Below are positions 38,901-48,437 of a stretch of 56,246 bases of DNA, in pieces (the stretch's first letter is position 1; the number at the start of each line of letters is the position of its first letter). The DNA lies in contig CALJIQ010000215.1 of NCBI GenBank assembly GCA_937973995.1, positions 1 to 56,246 of the forward strand, in the 5' to 3' direction. The position numbers and the translations under genes were made by a program. Below the pieces are notes generated by a model, which saw only the letters and a list, made by a program, of their open reading frames with translations, made no database searches and had not been told where the DNA came from. Source of the DNA: an uncultured Saprospiraceae bacterium. Lineage in GTDB: Bacteria; Bacteroidota; Bacteroidia; Chitinophagales; Saprospiraceae.

Positions 38901-41900
38901 AGACTGTCTATGATATTGATAGAAGGGCCTACATTTTGAATAGGTGGATCAAAGGTATAGCCAAAATTTAAAGGATCATCGACCAATAGTATCTCTACCG
39001 TTCCATTAGTGATATTACAAGAAGAACGAGTCGTATTAATATTGGTGATTAATTCATCCTCCCCATTCAAAGGTACATTTATGGATAGGGATTGAATACA
39101 GCTTTCCCTATTCCCCAATTTGACTTCAACCGTATAATCACCTGGTGGAATATTTTCAAATAGATTAGGGGTCGCTCCTATTTCGGCTACATTAGGTTCG
39201 ATGGTATATACATAGTCATTAATCGCATTCGGAACCACTATTTCAACTGTACCATTCCCTAAACAACTAGCAGGAGTGATGGCTGCACTAGCACCTAAGT
39301 TATTAGAACTTTCTTCTGGCACCTCTATCTCTATTGTTTGAATACATTGTTCGTTACCTGATAGTTGTATGTCCACTGAATAAATTCCAGCGGGCAAGTT
39401 TTCTTGGATATTAGGCGTAGCCCCAAGCGTTCCTGCATTAGGCGAATAACTAAATGTAAAATTATCGTCAGTACCTACGATTTCAAGCGTAACCCTTCCA
39501 TCACGGTTTCCACAGGTAGCTCCTTGAATTTGAGAAGTAACAATAGTTAACAGAGCATCCTCTTCTACCACAGCCAAAATTGATTCCCTACAAAGGGAAT
39601 CCTCTTTTTGAGTAATGGTTATTTCATATTCACCGGCTGATACATTTTCAAAAATATTCGGACTATTTTCATTTCGACCAATAGCGGAGTTTATCGAAAA
39701 AGTATAGTCTTCTATGTCCTGCTCTAAAAGAATTTCAATGCTACCCGTCTCATTCCCACAAGCTGAATTAATCGTTACGATGTCCTCAATCGTTGGTAGT
39801 ATGCAACACTTAGGTAATTCGACAGACAAATTAGTTGGGCAGTTTTGCTCATCAAATATAGTTAAGTCATAAATTCCACTTTCCATATCCGTCCTATTGG
39901 CTTCATTATCTGTCCCTGCTAAGTCCTGCCAGTCATATCTAAAATTCTGACTAGAATCTGCCACCTCTATCCGAATGAATTGTGTGGAATCACAATTAAG
40001 CGATTTCACCACATTTACTTGTAGAGGATCATTCGTACCAATGGTAAACGGAGCAGAACTAGTGATACACCCCGTCGCATCACTGATATAAACAAAGTAA
40101 TCTCCATCAGGCAGATTTCCATTTTCATATTCAGTAGCCCCATCGCTTATTACGGTATCCGCTGGAAATAAAAATTCGTTGCTGTATTGCACTTCAAATG
40201 CTACTTGTCCATCTGTATTACCCAAACAAGATATATTTGAAATAGAAGTAACCGTTACCGTTTCTAAAGTTACTCTACTTTCTAACATAAAGGAATAGCT
40301 TAGTTCACAACCAGAAATCCTATCTGTAATATCCACTTGATAAATCCCTGGCGCTAACCCATCTTGCCGATTGCTACCACTAGGAAAGTCAAAATTATAT
40401 TCTCCACTTCCTCCAAGCACTTCCAATTGGACCGCCCCATTGGTCTCATTACAACTTGGATACTCCTCTACTATTAGATTTGCTTGGAGATTATTTTCTC
40501 CTTCTATTTCAATTAATTGAATATCTGGACAACCAGGATTTACAGGGTCCGTAAAGGTGACATAATAAATACCTGCCCGCAAATCAGTACGAGAACTAGC
40601 TACTACTCCATCACTCCATCTATATGTGAAATTGTCTGGTTGAAAGTTCGCTACTCCACTATTTTCTATACAGGTGGAAGGTGCAACTTCGACTGAGACA
40701 GATGGTCCATCATTATTACCAATAATCAAAAATTGTTCAATAAAACAAGTGGAGTCACTTTTTAGACTGACTTTTACTTTGTAGCCACCAGCAAACAACT
40801 CGGTGCGTATATTCTCAGAAGTCCCCGCAACCCCTCCATCAGGAGACCATTCAAAATTGTAGTCTTCTGCATTCCCTACAACGGAAATGGTTGCACTTCC
40901 TAGACTTTGGTTGCATCCACTCTCTTCCGTAATGATACTTTGTATAATTGGTTGAGGGCATTCCACTTCACAGTTTTGTTCTAATACTAAAATGGATAAA
41001 CTATCTCTACAACCATCTGATTTAATAATTTGTATTTCGTGTTGTCCAATGGTTAAAGGAATAGCAAATCCCATGGGAATAATCTTTGCATCATATCCCA
41101 AAACTGAGGTTGAATTTTCAGTTGGAATACGAATATTGATCGGACTATAGACCCCACCAATATGTCCTCCTTCTATAACATTCGCCTCTTCATTTAATAT
41201 CCAATTTCCTGTCGGATTCCATATATTCATAGAATCCACCAAATCAGAGATAGTCCCAACAGTACCCTGAAAGGTTTCTCCATCTACTACCCAACTATCT
41301 ACAAAAATATCACCATCGGTATTGAGGATATTTCCATAAGAGTAAATACATAATTGTTCAATATCACAGCTTAACAAGGTTGGTAAATCAAGGGAAATTC
41401 CATTGTCAATTACTTGGATTTGAGTAAGATCATTATCTAGTATATTATCCAAACAAAAATTGATAGACGTCTTACAATTTGGTACAAAGAGACTATCCAT
41501 TAAAAAATGGTCAATTCCTTCGCAAGCCTCGGAGCAAGCTAAGAAAAAACGAGTGGAATCAGTAGAGATGTAATTGCTAAAGCAGGTTTCCTCACTTACC
41601 TCACAGAAAAAATTTTCTGAACTGATAGTACTGATGTCTATTCCGATATCCATTCCACAATCCACCTCTATTCCCATTATTTGAAAACTAATGGTCACCT
41701 CCTCTCCATTCGCTAAACCACTAGGTAAGGAATATCGAAGTTGGAGGGTACTATCACTTCTATGCAAGGAAGGTTCGTCAATGTCCCATTCCACAAAGCT
41801 CAAGGCTAATGTTGAATTGGGTACGTAATCTATCGTATGGGGTAAGGTTATATTAATGCTATCATTATCAGAAACGTTTTCACCAATATTGGCGAAAGAT

Positions 41901-44900
41901 AATTCAAGCATGGATGCTGATCCATTTCTAACAGGTTCTTGGCTAAGTATTTCTACTGAAAAACTTCTAGAAAACCTAGGGTCTGCTTCAAAAATAAAAG
42001 GGGGCGTCTCCGCAAAAGCAATATTGGAACTATTTCCACAACTAGTACGCCCTTGAAACCGATAACGATTCACCACACCATCATTGAAATTGCAATCCGT
42101 CACCAACCGATACTTTAACCTAAACTCACTTGAATCAGGAGCATTTACATTAAATCCTGGTAGGCCATTATCATTTAAAAAGGAATTCAACTGAGAGAAA
42201 TCAGCATATTCATAAGAAGCTCCAAAAAAGGTAGCTTCGAAATCAGGATCGGCCTCTATAAGCGTTGGATCATTTTCGATGGGAATGAATGCACTTGTAG
42301 AAGGATAAGCAAATTCAAAACTATTGGGAACTAATTTAGTGCCTAGCGGAATAGTGATCCTAGAGTTAATATCAAAAACAGCTCCTCCATCTTCATTCCG
42401 AACGATAATATCTATAATACTGGTATCGCATAACACCCCACTAATATTAGAACTTTCTGTTAGATAATCAGCAGATAAAAAAGGATCTAGGTTAGTAACT
42501 GTTAGCTCTAATACTTGTTCCATACAAGGTGGGTATAATTCGGGAGTCCAATCAAAATCTAGAAAGTCCTCACAATTCCAACCTGTTCTGGTAATCAAGG
42601 TATTCGCTCCGCAATTCTTTACGACCGCAGAAATTTTATAGACATGACAAATATCTTCTTTAGTATGGCCGTCATTATTTCTCAATAATTCTGGAGCTAA
42701 TGCAAATAATTTGTTATTTGTTTCACCGTATTCTTGCAATAACAGAATTTCGTTTTCTCCTGATCCTTGGACTATTTCTACATTAATGATTTCTACATTA
42801 TCATCAATCGGCTCGAATGCTATCCAAGTCAGACCAGCATCAGCATTGAAGGAGGTATTGCAATGTTCTACTATCCATTCTACTTCTGAAGCAGAAGCCA
42901 ATACATCAGGGTTGAGTCCTTGTAAAGAAAAAGTAGGTGGATTTTGATATAGGATAGCTCTATCTTCTACTACCGACTTTTGTTCTGCACAGGAACCGTC
43001 TCCAATTAGGCTTGCATAATAACGGTCTGTATAGAATAAGGTGGCAGATATGGGATAAGAGCCATTTTCTTCGGTACTACCAAAAGATGAACTACATTCT
43101 GGTATCGCATTTATCCTAAACTGGAACAATTGATTAGAAGCAGTTAAAGTGCTAACCGCATTATTCAAATCCGCTTCATAAGTTCCAGTTTCAAATTGGA
43201 AAAAATCAGGAAGCGGCAGCCACGCACTGTCTTGCACTCGATACTCAATAGAGATATTTGAAAAAGAAGATATAAAATTCGGATCGTACTCCATCACCAA
43301 CCGATCTACCTTAGTAGCTTGCCGATGCTCGTCTCCAAAAAACTCCCTCATGGCATTCGCGTTGATACTTTTATCGAGGCTATAGACCATGGTAGTTGGC
43401 TCGCATCCTATTGGATAACTCGTATTAGTAGGGCCAGAAAATCTGGTTTCTAAGCCAGCGATTCTAAATAGATTACCATAAGATTCGCAATTATCATGGA
43501 TTTCTCCATCTATGATTGCATAGGCGTTGGCCCTAAAATCAGGAATTTTCTTAAAGGTATTGGTAGGAACTGGAGCATCTGCATTAATAGAAAATTGACC
43601 TATGAAAATCAGCTCATCTCCTTCTGTCAGTACTACTTCATCTATACAATGTCCAAGCGGGATCGTCAATTGCTTTACACTATTCACCGTATCTATCAAT
43701 ACATCCTCAGCTGAAATATCACAACTTAGTTTTGTGCCGTTCACTTGGGTAACAAAAAGTACACCTGTAGTAAAGTCAAAAGTTGGTGCATTAGAATCGC
43801 TTTCATCGGCATTTCCATAGTTGATAACCAATCCAATACTGTCTTCTAAAACCTGTTGACCAACCACTGCCGCTATCGTCATTTGTACAGAGTCACAGGT
43901 TAGCGCAATGTCCTTTCTAGCTGTAATAGGATCAATAGAAGTAGTAAAGGATTCATCAGAAAATCCAAATGTAGTTCTTTCCACTTCAAAAGAGGTAACC
44001 GATAGGCCAGCATCACATACCACATTTTCACAAGGTGGTCCTGTATTATGTAATTGAGTGCCATCTAAAATTCCACAATACCACAGTTGTCCACAATCAC
44101 ACTCTGCACATAGGTACTCTAACTGAAAAGGAAAGGAAATAAAACCATTTGGCGCACATTGTGTATTTAGAACTATGGAAAGATTGTAATCTGCATTGTG
44201 ATTGAAATTGGTCGCATCAAAAATGATGACCCAATTTTCGCCAATCTGCTCAATGGCAGGAGCAAAAGTCAGGCTATCTTGTTCTAATAAAGAATTGGTA
44301 GTAACAGATACACCAGGAGGCAAGGTGATGGTTGCCTTGATTTCGTCAGAGCTTTCACAGAAAGTAAAGTTGCTTCTTCTTCTTTCCCCAGAATAGACGA
44401 TAGTGAAGGCATCTTCATTATTAAAAGCATCTGGGTCAGCACAAATTTCTTTAGTACTACCTGAATTAAAACTTCTAAAATAATTATCAAAAAACTTTTC
44501 ATTGGTGCCGCCACAAGAATTTCGGTATTCCACTCTCGCATCAAATCCTGTCCTAAAGTCATTATCACAACCACTCCCTAAATCAAACTCCGCACTATTG
44601 ACACAATTTAACTGGTAATTAGCTAATAGCGTAAATTGTTCTCCAACTGGTAAGTCATCAAAGAAACCATCTTGATCGGAATCTGTTAATCCGCCTTCTC
44701 CATCTGGGTCTTCCAAAAAGAAATCCAATTCGCCTAAATTCGTCACAGAGTCAGGGAAAATAACTAGTACATCTCCAATTTGGATAGAGGTTACTTCATA
44801 TCCTTGTTCTTGTAGCATAAAGCGTTGCCCATCTATAAAACCGATGCCTGCTGATATATCGAAAATGGTTCCAAAACCATCATCAAACTCAAATCCATTA

Positions 44901-45961
44901 TTTGAAATAGTTACAGCAGTCACCCCTTCACTACAGAAACTAGCAGGGATGGAATCCGCCCCTACGGAAAATTGAATTTGCTCTTCTCCGATACCTAAAT
45001 TAATGCTAATTGAGTTACTTTCTTCCTGACAACTACTGCCATTACACCCCCACTCAATTTGATGGGTAGAACCTAGTTCAAAGGTATTTTCACTACTACA
45101 ATCTGCGATTATCAAAGTTTCTGTAATAGTAACTATTTCATCCACATCAAATCTTTCATCTTGATTTCCTAATAATCCTATTTCTATTGAATTATTCTGG
45201 AAATGGCTAGCAGTAATCTGAGCAATAAGGAGACTATCGCCTGCTGCATCTATTGATCTAGAAAATGGTATTTCGACTGCGCCTATATGTAAAGAGGTGA
45301 TTTCTAGTCCTGGTGTTGGATATACTTTATAAATAAAGTTATCTAAATAACTATTCAATCCACTATTAATGATTTTAACTTCCCTTGTAAATGGGACATT
45401 TAAATTAGCGGATTTTGTAGCGGCTATTCCTATTGATAAATTAGGAATCGCAATGGTATTTTTATATTCAATTCCTAAATAATCCTCAGACAATCGGGTA
45501 CCTTCAAAATCATATGATAATTGCCAGTTATCCAACACCTGAAGTTCATTATTCGCATTGATCGCTTCCACGATCCCACAAACAGCTTTAACGGTGAAGG
45601 CAAGTGCGATCTCTTCTACCGCTCCTGGTTGCATATCTGGTAAAAGGAAAATAGGCCTAGAAGAAGTTGATTGAGGAGAGAGACTCAGTCCAGACGAGCT
45701 TTCTTGGGTTACGATTGAGTCAAATAAAATACCGTTAAACAATTGTAGCGAGGCTTCAATATTCGTTCTAGTAGAGCCACTTTGTCCATCTAATCCAATG
45801 ACAACTCTTTGGAAATCTGGTTCCCCACAAACTACTAGACGATCTAATAAAGTAGCGGATTCTGTTAGTTGAATAGACAAGTTATTCTGACTATAACCAA
45901 AATTATACATCAGTAACACTGACACCAACACGATACCAATCCTTTTGTATAAAGGGTTCAT
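35954..45961 (-). CDS. Giant (3335 aa) T9SS-secreted surface protein with 13 SprB-type repeats and a type B (gliding-motility-associated) C-terminal sorting domain
   Basis: Signal peptide IGIVLVSVLLMYNFGYSQ, then about 1.4 kaa with no family I recognise. Two paralogous ~170-aa Cys-containing modules bracket 13 repeats of ~80 aa (C.G..NG...; ..Y.F.W; L..G.Y.V.V.D...C). Three ~95-aa Cys-rich modules follow, then a cadherin/VCBS-like unit (AIDDRDTTTLGTPLVIDILGND). The C-terminus is SPNRDGANDVFFISGIEEFPESRLQIYNRWGERVFQS...PDGAYFYCLEL...GFLEIHR. Confidence 0.9.
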   Translation of the reverse strand: MNPLYKRIGIVLVSVLLMYNFGYSQNNLSIQLTESATLLDRLVVCGEPDFQRVVIGLDGQSGSTRTNIEASLQLFNGILFDSIVTQESSSGLSLSPQSTSSRPIFLLPDMQPGAVEEIALAFTVKAVCGIVEAINANNELQVLDNWQLSYDFEGTRLSEDYLGIEYKNTIAIPNLSIGIAATKSANLNVPFTREVKIINSGLNSYLDNFIYKVYPTPGLEITSLHIGAVEIPFSRSIDAAGDSLLIAQITASHFQNNSIEIGLLGNQDERFDVDEIVTITETLIIADCSSENTFELGSTHQIEWGCNGSSCQEESNSISINLGIGEEQIQFSVGADSIPASFCSEGVTAVTISNNGFEFDDGFGTIFDISAGIGFIDGQRFMLQEQGYEVTSIQIGDVLVIFPDSVTNLGELDFFLEDPDGEGGLTDSDQDGFFDDLPVGEQFTLLANYQLNCVNSAEFDLGSGCDNDFRTGFDARVEYRNSCGGTNEKFFDNYFRSFNSGSTKEICADPDAFNNEDAFTIVYSGERRRSNFTFCESSDEIKATITLPPGVSVTTNSLLEQDSLTFAPAIEQIGENWVIIFDATNFNHNADYNLSIVLNTQCAPNGFISFPFQLEYLCAECDCGQLWYCGILDGTQLHNTGPPCENVVCDAGLSVTSFEVERTTFGFSDESFTTSIDPITARKDIALTCDSVQMTIAAVVGQQVLEDSIGLVINYGNADESDSNAPTFDFTTGVLFVTQVNGTKLSCDISAEDVLIDTVNSVKQLTIPLGHCIDEVVLTEGDELIFIGQFSINADAPVPTNTFKKIPDFRANAYAIIDGEIHDNCESYGNLFRIAGLETRFSGPTNTSYPIGCEPTTMVYSLDKSINANAMREFFGDEHRQATKVDRLVMEYDPNFISSFSNISIEYRVQDSAWLPLPDFFQFETGTYEADLNNAVSTLTASNQLFQFRINAIPECSSSFGSTEENGSYPISATLFYTDRYYASLIGDGSCAEQKSVVEDRAILYQNPPTFSLQGLNPDVLASASEVEWIVEHCNTSFNADAGLTWIAFEPIDDNVEIINVEIVQGSGENEILLLQEYGETNNKLFALAPELLRNNDGHTKEDICHVYKISAVVKNCGANTLITRTGWNCEDFLDFDWTPELYPPCMEQVLELTVTNLDPFLSADYLTESSNISGVLCDTSIIDIIVRNEDGGAVFDINSRITIPLGTKLVPNSFEFAYPSTSAFIPIENDPTLIEADPDFEATFFGASYEYADFSQLNSFLNDNGLPGFNVNAPDSSEFRLKYRLVTDCNFNDGVVNRYRFQGRTSCGNSSNIAFAETPPFIFEADPRFSRSFSVEILSQEPVRNGSASMLELSFANIGENVSDNDSINITLPHTIDYVPNSTLALSFVEWDIDEPSLHRSDSTLQLRYSLPSGLANGEEVTISFQIMGIEVDCGMDIGIDISTISSENFFCEVSEETCFSNYISTDSTRFFLACSEACEGIDHFLMDSLFVPNCKTSINFCLDNILDNDLTQIQVIDNGISLDLPTLLSCDIEQLCIYSYGNILNTDGDIFVDSWVVDGETFQGTVGTISDLVDSMNIWNPTGNWILNEEANVIEGGHIGGVYSPINIRIPTENSTSVLGYDAKIIPMGFAIPLTIGQHEIQIIKSDGCRDSLSILVLEQNCEVECPQPIIQSIITEESGCNQSLGSATISVVGNAEDYNFEWSPDGGVAGTSENIRTELFAGGYKVKVSLKSDSTCFIEQFLIIGNNDGPSVSVEVAPSTCIENSGVANFQPDNFTYRWSDGVVASSRTDLRAGIYYVTFTDPVNPGCPDIQLIEIEGENNLQANLIVEEYPSCNETNGAVQLEVLGGSGEYNFDFPSGSNRQDGLAPGIYQVDITDRISGCELSYSFMLESRVTLETVTVTSISNISCLGNTDGQVAFEVQYSNEFLFPADTVISDGATEYENGNLPDGDYFVYISDATGCITSSAPFTIGTNDPLQVNVVKSLNCDSTQFIRIEVADSSQNFRYDWQDLAGTDNEANRTDMESGIYDLTIFDEQNCPTNLSVELPKCCILPTIEDIVTINSACGNETGSIEILLEQDIEDYTFSINSAIGRNENSPNIFENVSAGEYEITITQKEDSLCRESILAVVEEDALLTIVTSQIQGATCGNRDGRVTLEIVGTDDNFTFSYSPNAGTLGATPNIQENLPAGIYSVDIQLSGNEQCIQTIEIEVPEESSNNLGASAAITPASCLGNGTVEIVVPNAINDYVYTIEPNVAEIGATPNLFENIPPGDYTVEVKLGNRESCIQSLSINVPLNGEDELITNINTTRSSCNITNGTVEILLVDDPLNFGYTFDPPIQNVGPSINIIDSLAAGNYSVTITSLANEACTQVTDFIIEPELTNQFVTNIETTASSCSAINGSVTLTVVGAVSDYNFNWPDGVGESGTMPNIRENLGSGSYNITVTSTNDTTCLEEVVVDIPREDNETSPVISDAIQNPSCGETNGSVTLELAEEPSNYNIEWVPNIGIFGATENIRTNLPGGDYQILITDKRDASCVTSILVSLINEEPTAVAISSPPTCSNSANGTIRFSPDTYRYSWEDGVIGIERNDLAAGIYEVTVTDTTATDICQSIVQVELVAENNFNATAIINQHPTCEGNDGSVTVAVTDGSGSYNYSWGVEDTNANLPFGTQMVSVTDINTGCMLTLDFTLDDPNINGACAACEINIRKDTIMVQTNNCTEVLPLCLNYQLDPNNLLLFNLDGTPIPTANITLCGLDTLIVYSYSNLSGQGEIGPFELTSWQIDENIFTGNFATIIELAALMDSLDERSNWQVSEDGLSIVGQKGTSTYQPMQIVGNNDLFNTTLSFEIIAQEQGVQINVPIGVHSLVVQDTQSFCMDSIFILTTCSTIDSSEIRIGNGEMDTICFSTNELLGDDISITIECLQNNTASVKAFGDTCVIITGQNPGVDTACIILCDEFGVCDTNIIAIQLLLEEFEDTIMIGEAAEVCIANNILDLEERFTSINEISKQENDLPSLVDFVIDPTSGCIQYTAEMLGVDSTSFAFCNENGSCDTIQFVIHVLNNAPDRIQDTLFINEEAEYCFDTSILPGEIVSFENICSESSGNVVDFTINPLSFCVEYKGLELGEDSACIVICDNLGNCDTAFFNVSVVEFKELPTAIDDRDTTTLGTPLVIDILGNDTPFGVPFIDGISIIESPLYGDANLNLDGSLTYISDEFCARFDQLTYSICNDVGCDTAMVEIWIECIDIVVFTAVSPNRDGANDVFFISGIEEFPESRLQIYNRWGERVFQSIGYDNDWAGTWKGNLELPDGAYFYCLELNDDTNRVLQGFLEIHR

Positions 45962-46543
45962 TGCAAATGAGTGTTTGTTTTTTGTACAATGCAGTTTGGA
46001 AATGTCATAGAATTGAATTCCTTAGTTCATGGAAGAGGACTTGGACATTCGGTAGTGACCAATAAAAAAGCACTACCTATTACTAATTACTTTAGAAAAG
46101 GAATTATTCTCCAAAGCCTCGAAAAGGAGATTAACCCTTCATTTAAGGTACTTAGGGGTTCTACTAGAAGGAATTGACGGCTTTGAAAATTCTGTTGTAG
46201 GAAAGTCGTTCAATATAAGCTCTATTTCTACAATTAGATAGAAATAAGGCAGTCCCAAGACTATAAATGAAATGCTAAAATCCAGCTTAATGGATAGGCA
46301 AGGATGTTTTAGTTTTTGGATATTTAATAAACTAAATTCATAATTTACTAAATACTAATTTCATAAGTATTTGAAAAAAATTAAATATAAATAGAAGTGT
46401 GTCTCAATTTTTCTAAATAAAAAAGGAGACAAAAATCAAACCAAAGTACCCATTTGTCTAATGTTGGCTAAAAAGGAGATAGGAGGAGGGATAAGTGTTG
46501 GAAACTAATGGAAAGTGTAATGCACAGTAGCATTAAAAAGAAA

Positions 46544-46569
46544 AACCCTTGACCGAGCGGTCAAGGGTT
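46544..46569 (-). terminator. Rho-independent terminator (minus strand)
   Basis: AACCCTTGACC-GAGC-GGTCAAGGGTT is a perfect 11-bp stem. On the minus strand it is followed by TTTCTTTTTAATG. It lies 250 nt downstream of the hemD stop. Confidence 0.7.
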
Positions 46570-46818
46570 TCTAACCCAAACAAATAAACACAAAAACTAC
46601 TTTTTAATGAGTCAAAGATAATCTATAACAATCCTTTGAGCAAGAAGCAACTAAAAAAAATGTGACAGCTATTTTAAGTGAAAAAATTTTAAAACCCCAT
46701 AAATAGCTAGATTTATGTCCAATTGTTGTTATAGACATAATTTAATCTTTTCGTAAAAAAAGTATCACGAAAATCCTAGTATATGCTTAAAACCCAAATC
46801 TATATTAAAAACACCCTT

Positions 46819-47493
46819 TTAATTGGTGATTTCCAACTTCTCTAATATAAAATGGGCTAAGCTCCCTTCAGAAGGGTGCGGAGAGATGTAACAATCGGTG
46901 TATCCAAACTCATGAAGTTTTTCCGCTGTGGTAGTACCTAAGGCAAATATCTTTTGGCTAGGCGAGAGGACATTGTACTTCAAATAGGTACTCGTATTAA
47001 GTGGGCTGGTAAAAACTAAGATGTCGTGTGGTGGAATAAAAGTATTCTGAATTGGGTAATTAGCATAGACGATTCTTTCTGATATACGGACATAGTCAGA
47101 AATCGCTTTCTGAACGGACATTTTAGAATTTTCAGCTCTAATAAAAGTAACACGCTGTCCTTTTGCAGCCTCCCCAAATGCTTTCGCTATTTCATTGGGA
47201 TGCCCCTGACCGATAAAATCTACCTCATACCCTCGGTTTTCAATCATTTGGGCGGTTCCCAATCCCATTGTAGCAAGTTTAGGGAGGGTTTGTCGAAGTA
47301 AATCCTGCTGCTCAAAAAAAAAATTCACTCCATTTTTACTATAAAAAAATAACCAATCTGTATCTGATATAGGTTGAAATGTCCGTGCTAGAAATTTCAC
47401 CAAAGAAATTCCTGTCACTTGATAACCTGCCTTGGTAAGTATTTTTTTTAAAACACTATTTGCTGTTAAATTCCTAGTAATAAAAATTTTCAT
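46819..47493 (-). CDS. hemD: Uroporphyrinogen-III synthase
   Basis: 224 aa with the HemD-like pattern (IFITR...DWLFFYSKNGVNFF...MGLGTAQMIENRGYEVDF...DILVFTSPLNTSTYL). Its start overlaps the mnmD stop by 4 nt. Confidence 0.72.
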   Translation of the reverse strand: MKIFITRNLTANSVLKKILTKAGYQVTGISLVKFLARTFQPISDTDWLFFYSKNGVNFFFEQQDLLRQTLPKLATMGLGTAQMIENRGYEVDFIGQGHPNEIAKAFGEAAKGQRVTFIRAENSKMSVQKAISDYVRISERIVYANYPIQNTFIPPHDILVFTSPLNTSTYLKYNVLSPSQKIFALGTTTAEKLHEFGYTDCYISPHPSEGSLAHFILEKLEITN

Positions 47494-48167
47494 ATACCCC
47501 CTACTTTTTTAGCTCGCGTCATCTCTCGTTTCCCCGGCGGTCCTTTTAATTTTTCCACCTCAAATCCTACCTCTTTTAAATTGCGTTTTACCTGCCCTTT
47601 CGCACAGTAAGTTACTAATACGCCATTGACTTTCAATGCTTTGTACATTTTCTCTAATAAGGTAGTTTCCCATAATTCAGGCTGGGCAGAAGGGGCAAAG
47701 GCATCAAAATAAATTAAATCATACGCATTCAATTCCTGGATACTCTCAAAAGAGGCAAGATGCTTCGTGAAAGTAAAGCCTGGATGGAATGGTATGGCTT
47801 CATTCCAATCACAGCTATGCAATTGATTAAATAAAGTAGTGGAGTTGGGTAAATTTAATAGTTGTGGATAGTTGAGTTGAAGTACTTGTTCATTAGATAT
47901 AGGAAATGCCTCGTACGCCGAGTACTTGATGGATAATCCGCGCTTACCACCTTCTATCAGGGTCATATAGGCATTCAACCCCGTTCCAAATCCTATATCT
48001 AGAATTGCCATTTCCTTTTGCTGCTCCGCCATGTAGCGTAAGCCTGCATTGATAAACACATGCTGGGTCTCCTGTATCGCCCCATATTTGGAATGATAAC
48101 TTACCTCGAATTGTTCAGAATAAATGGAGTGAGAACCGTCTTGGGTTACAAATAATTGACCAGACAT
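47490..48167 (-). CDS. mnmD: tRNA (mnm5s2U34) methyltransferase, stand-alone MnmC methyltransferase-domain type (MnmD)
   Basis: 225 aa. ILDIGFGTGLNAYMT, DLIYFDAFAPSAQPELWE, LVTYCAKGQVKRNLKEVGFEVEKLKGPPGKREMTRA are DUF752/MnmD signatures. Confidence 0.82.
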   Translation of the reverse strand: MSGQLFVTQDGSHSIYSEQFEVSYHSKYGAIQETQHVFINAGLRYMAEQQKEMAILDIGFGTGLNAYMTLIEGGKRGLSIKYSAYEAFPISNEQVLQLNYPQLLNLPNSTTLFNQLHSCDWNEAIPFHPGFTFTKHLASFESIQELNAYDLIYFDAFAPSAQPELWETTLLEKMYKALKVNGVLVTYCAKGQVKRNLKEVGFEVEKLKGPPGKREMTRAKKVGGI

Positions 48168-48254
48168 TTTTTATAGTGCAAGATAGGCAAATGATTGATT
48201 ATGCAGAATGGGAAGTAGGTGGGTGGTCAAAAGTAATTTTACTTTAATTTTTTT

Positions 48255-48345
48255 TGATTATTGATTACTAATCATTGATTATTAGCTACTTACGCAAGTA
48301 TTTTACGTTTGTAAAATAATTAATAATCAGTAATTAATAATTTCC
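48255..48345. repeat. Family B palindromic element, copy 2 (inverted relative to copy 1)
   Basis: The reverse complement begins AAATTATTAATTACTGATTATTAATTATTTT and contains GCTAATAATCAAT, both shared with 6252-6330. Confidence 0.85.
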
Positions 48346-48437
48346 TTCCATGTAGTTCTTGAAAGTAAAGTTCAAGATTCACGTTCAAAAACCAGACGAT
48401 GACGCCATTGAACTTGTGGTTGATACTTGAACTTGTT

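Noticed and set aside
36384-44574. Short ORFs on either strand within the giant adhesin gene (for example 36384-36755, 37056-37343, 41856-42056, 44284-44574)
   Set aside because: They are nested in a continuous 10-kb ORF with recognisable repeat and sorting domains and have no independent support.
45971-46177. 68-aa plus-strand ORF just upstream of the giant gene
   Set aside because: It has no recognisable family and sits where the adhesin promoter and leader are expected. It is left unannotated rather than called.
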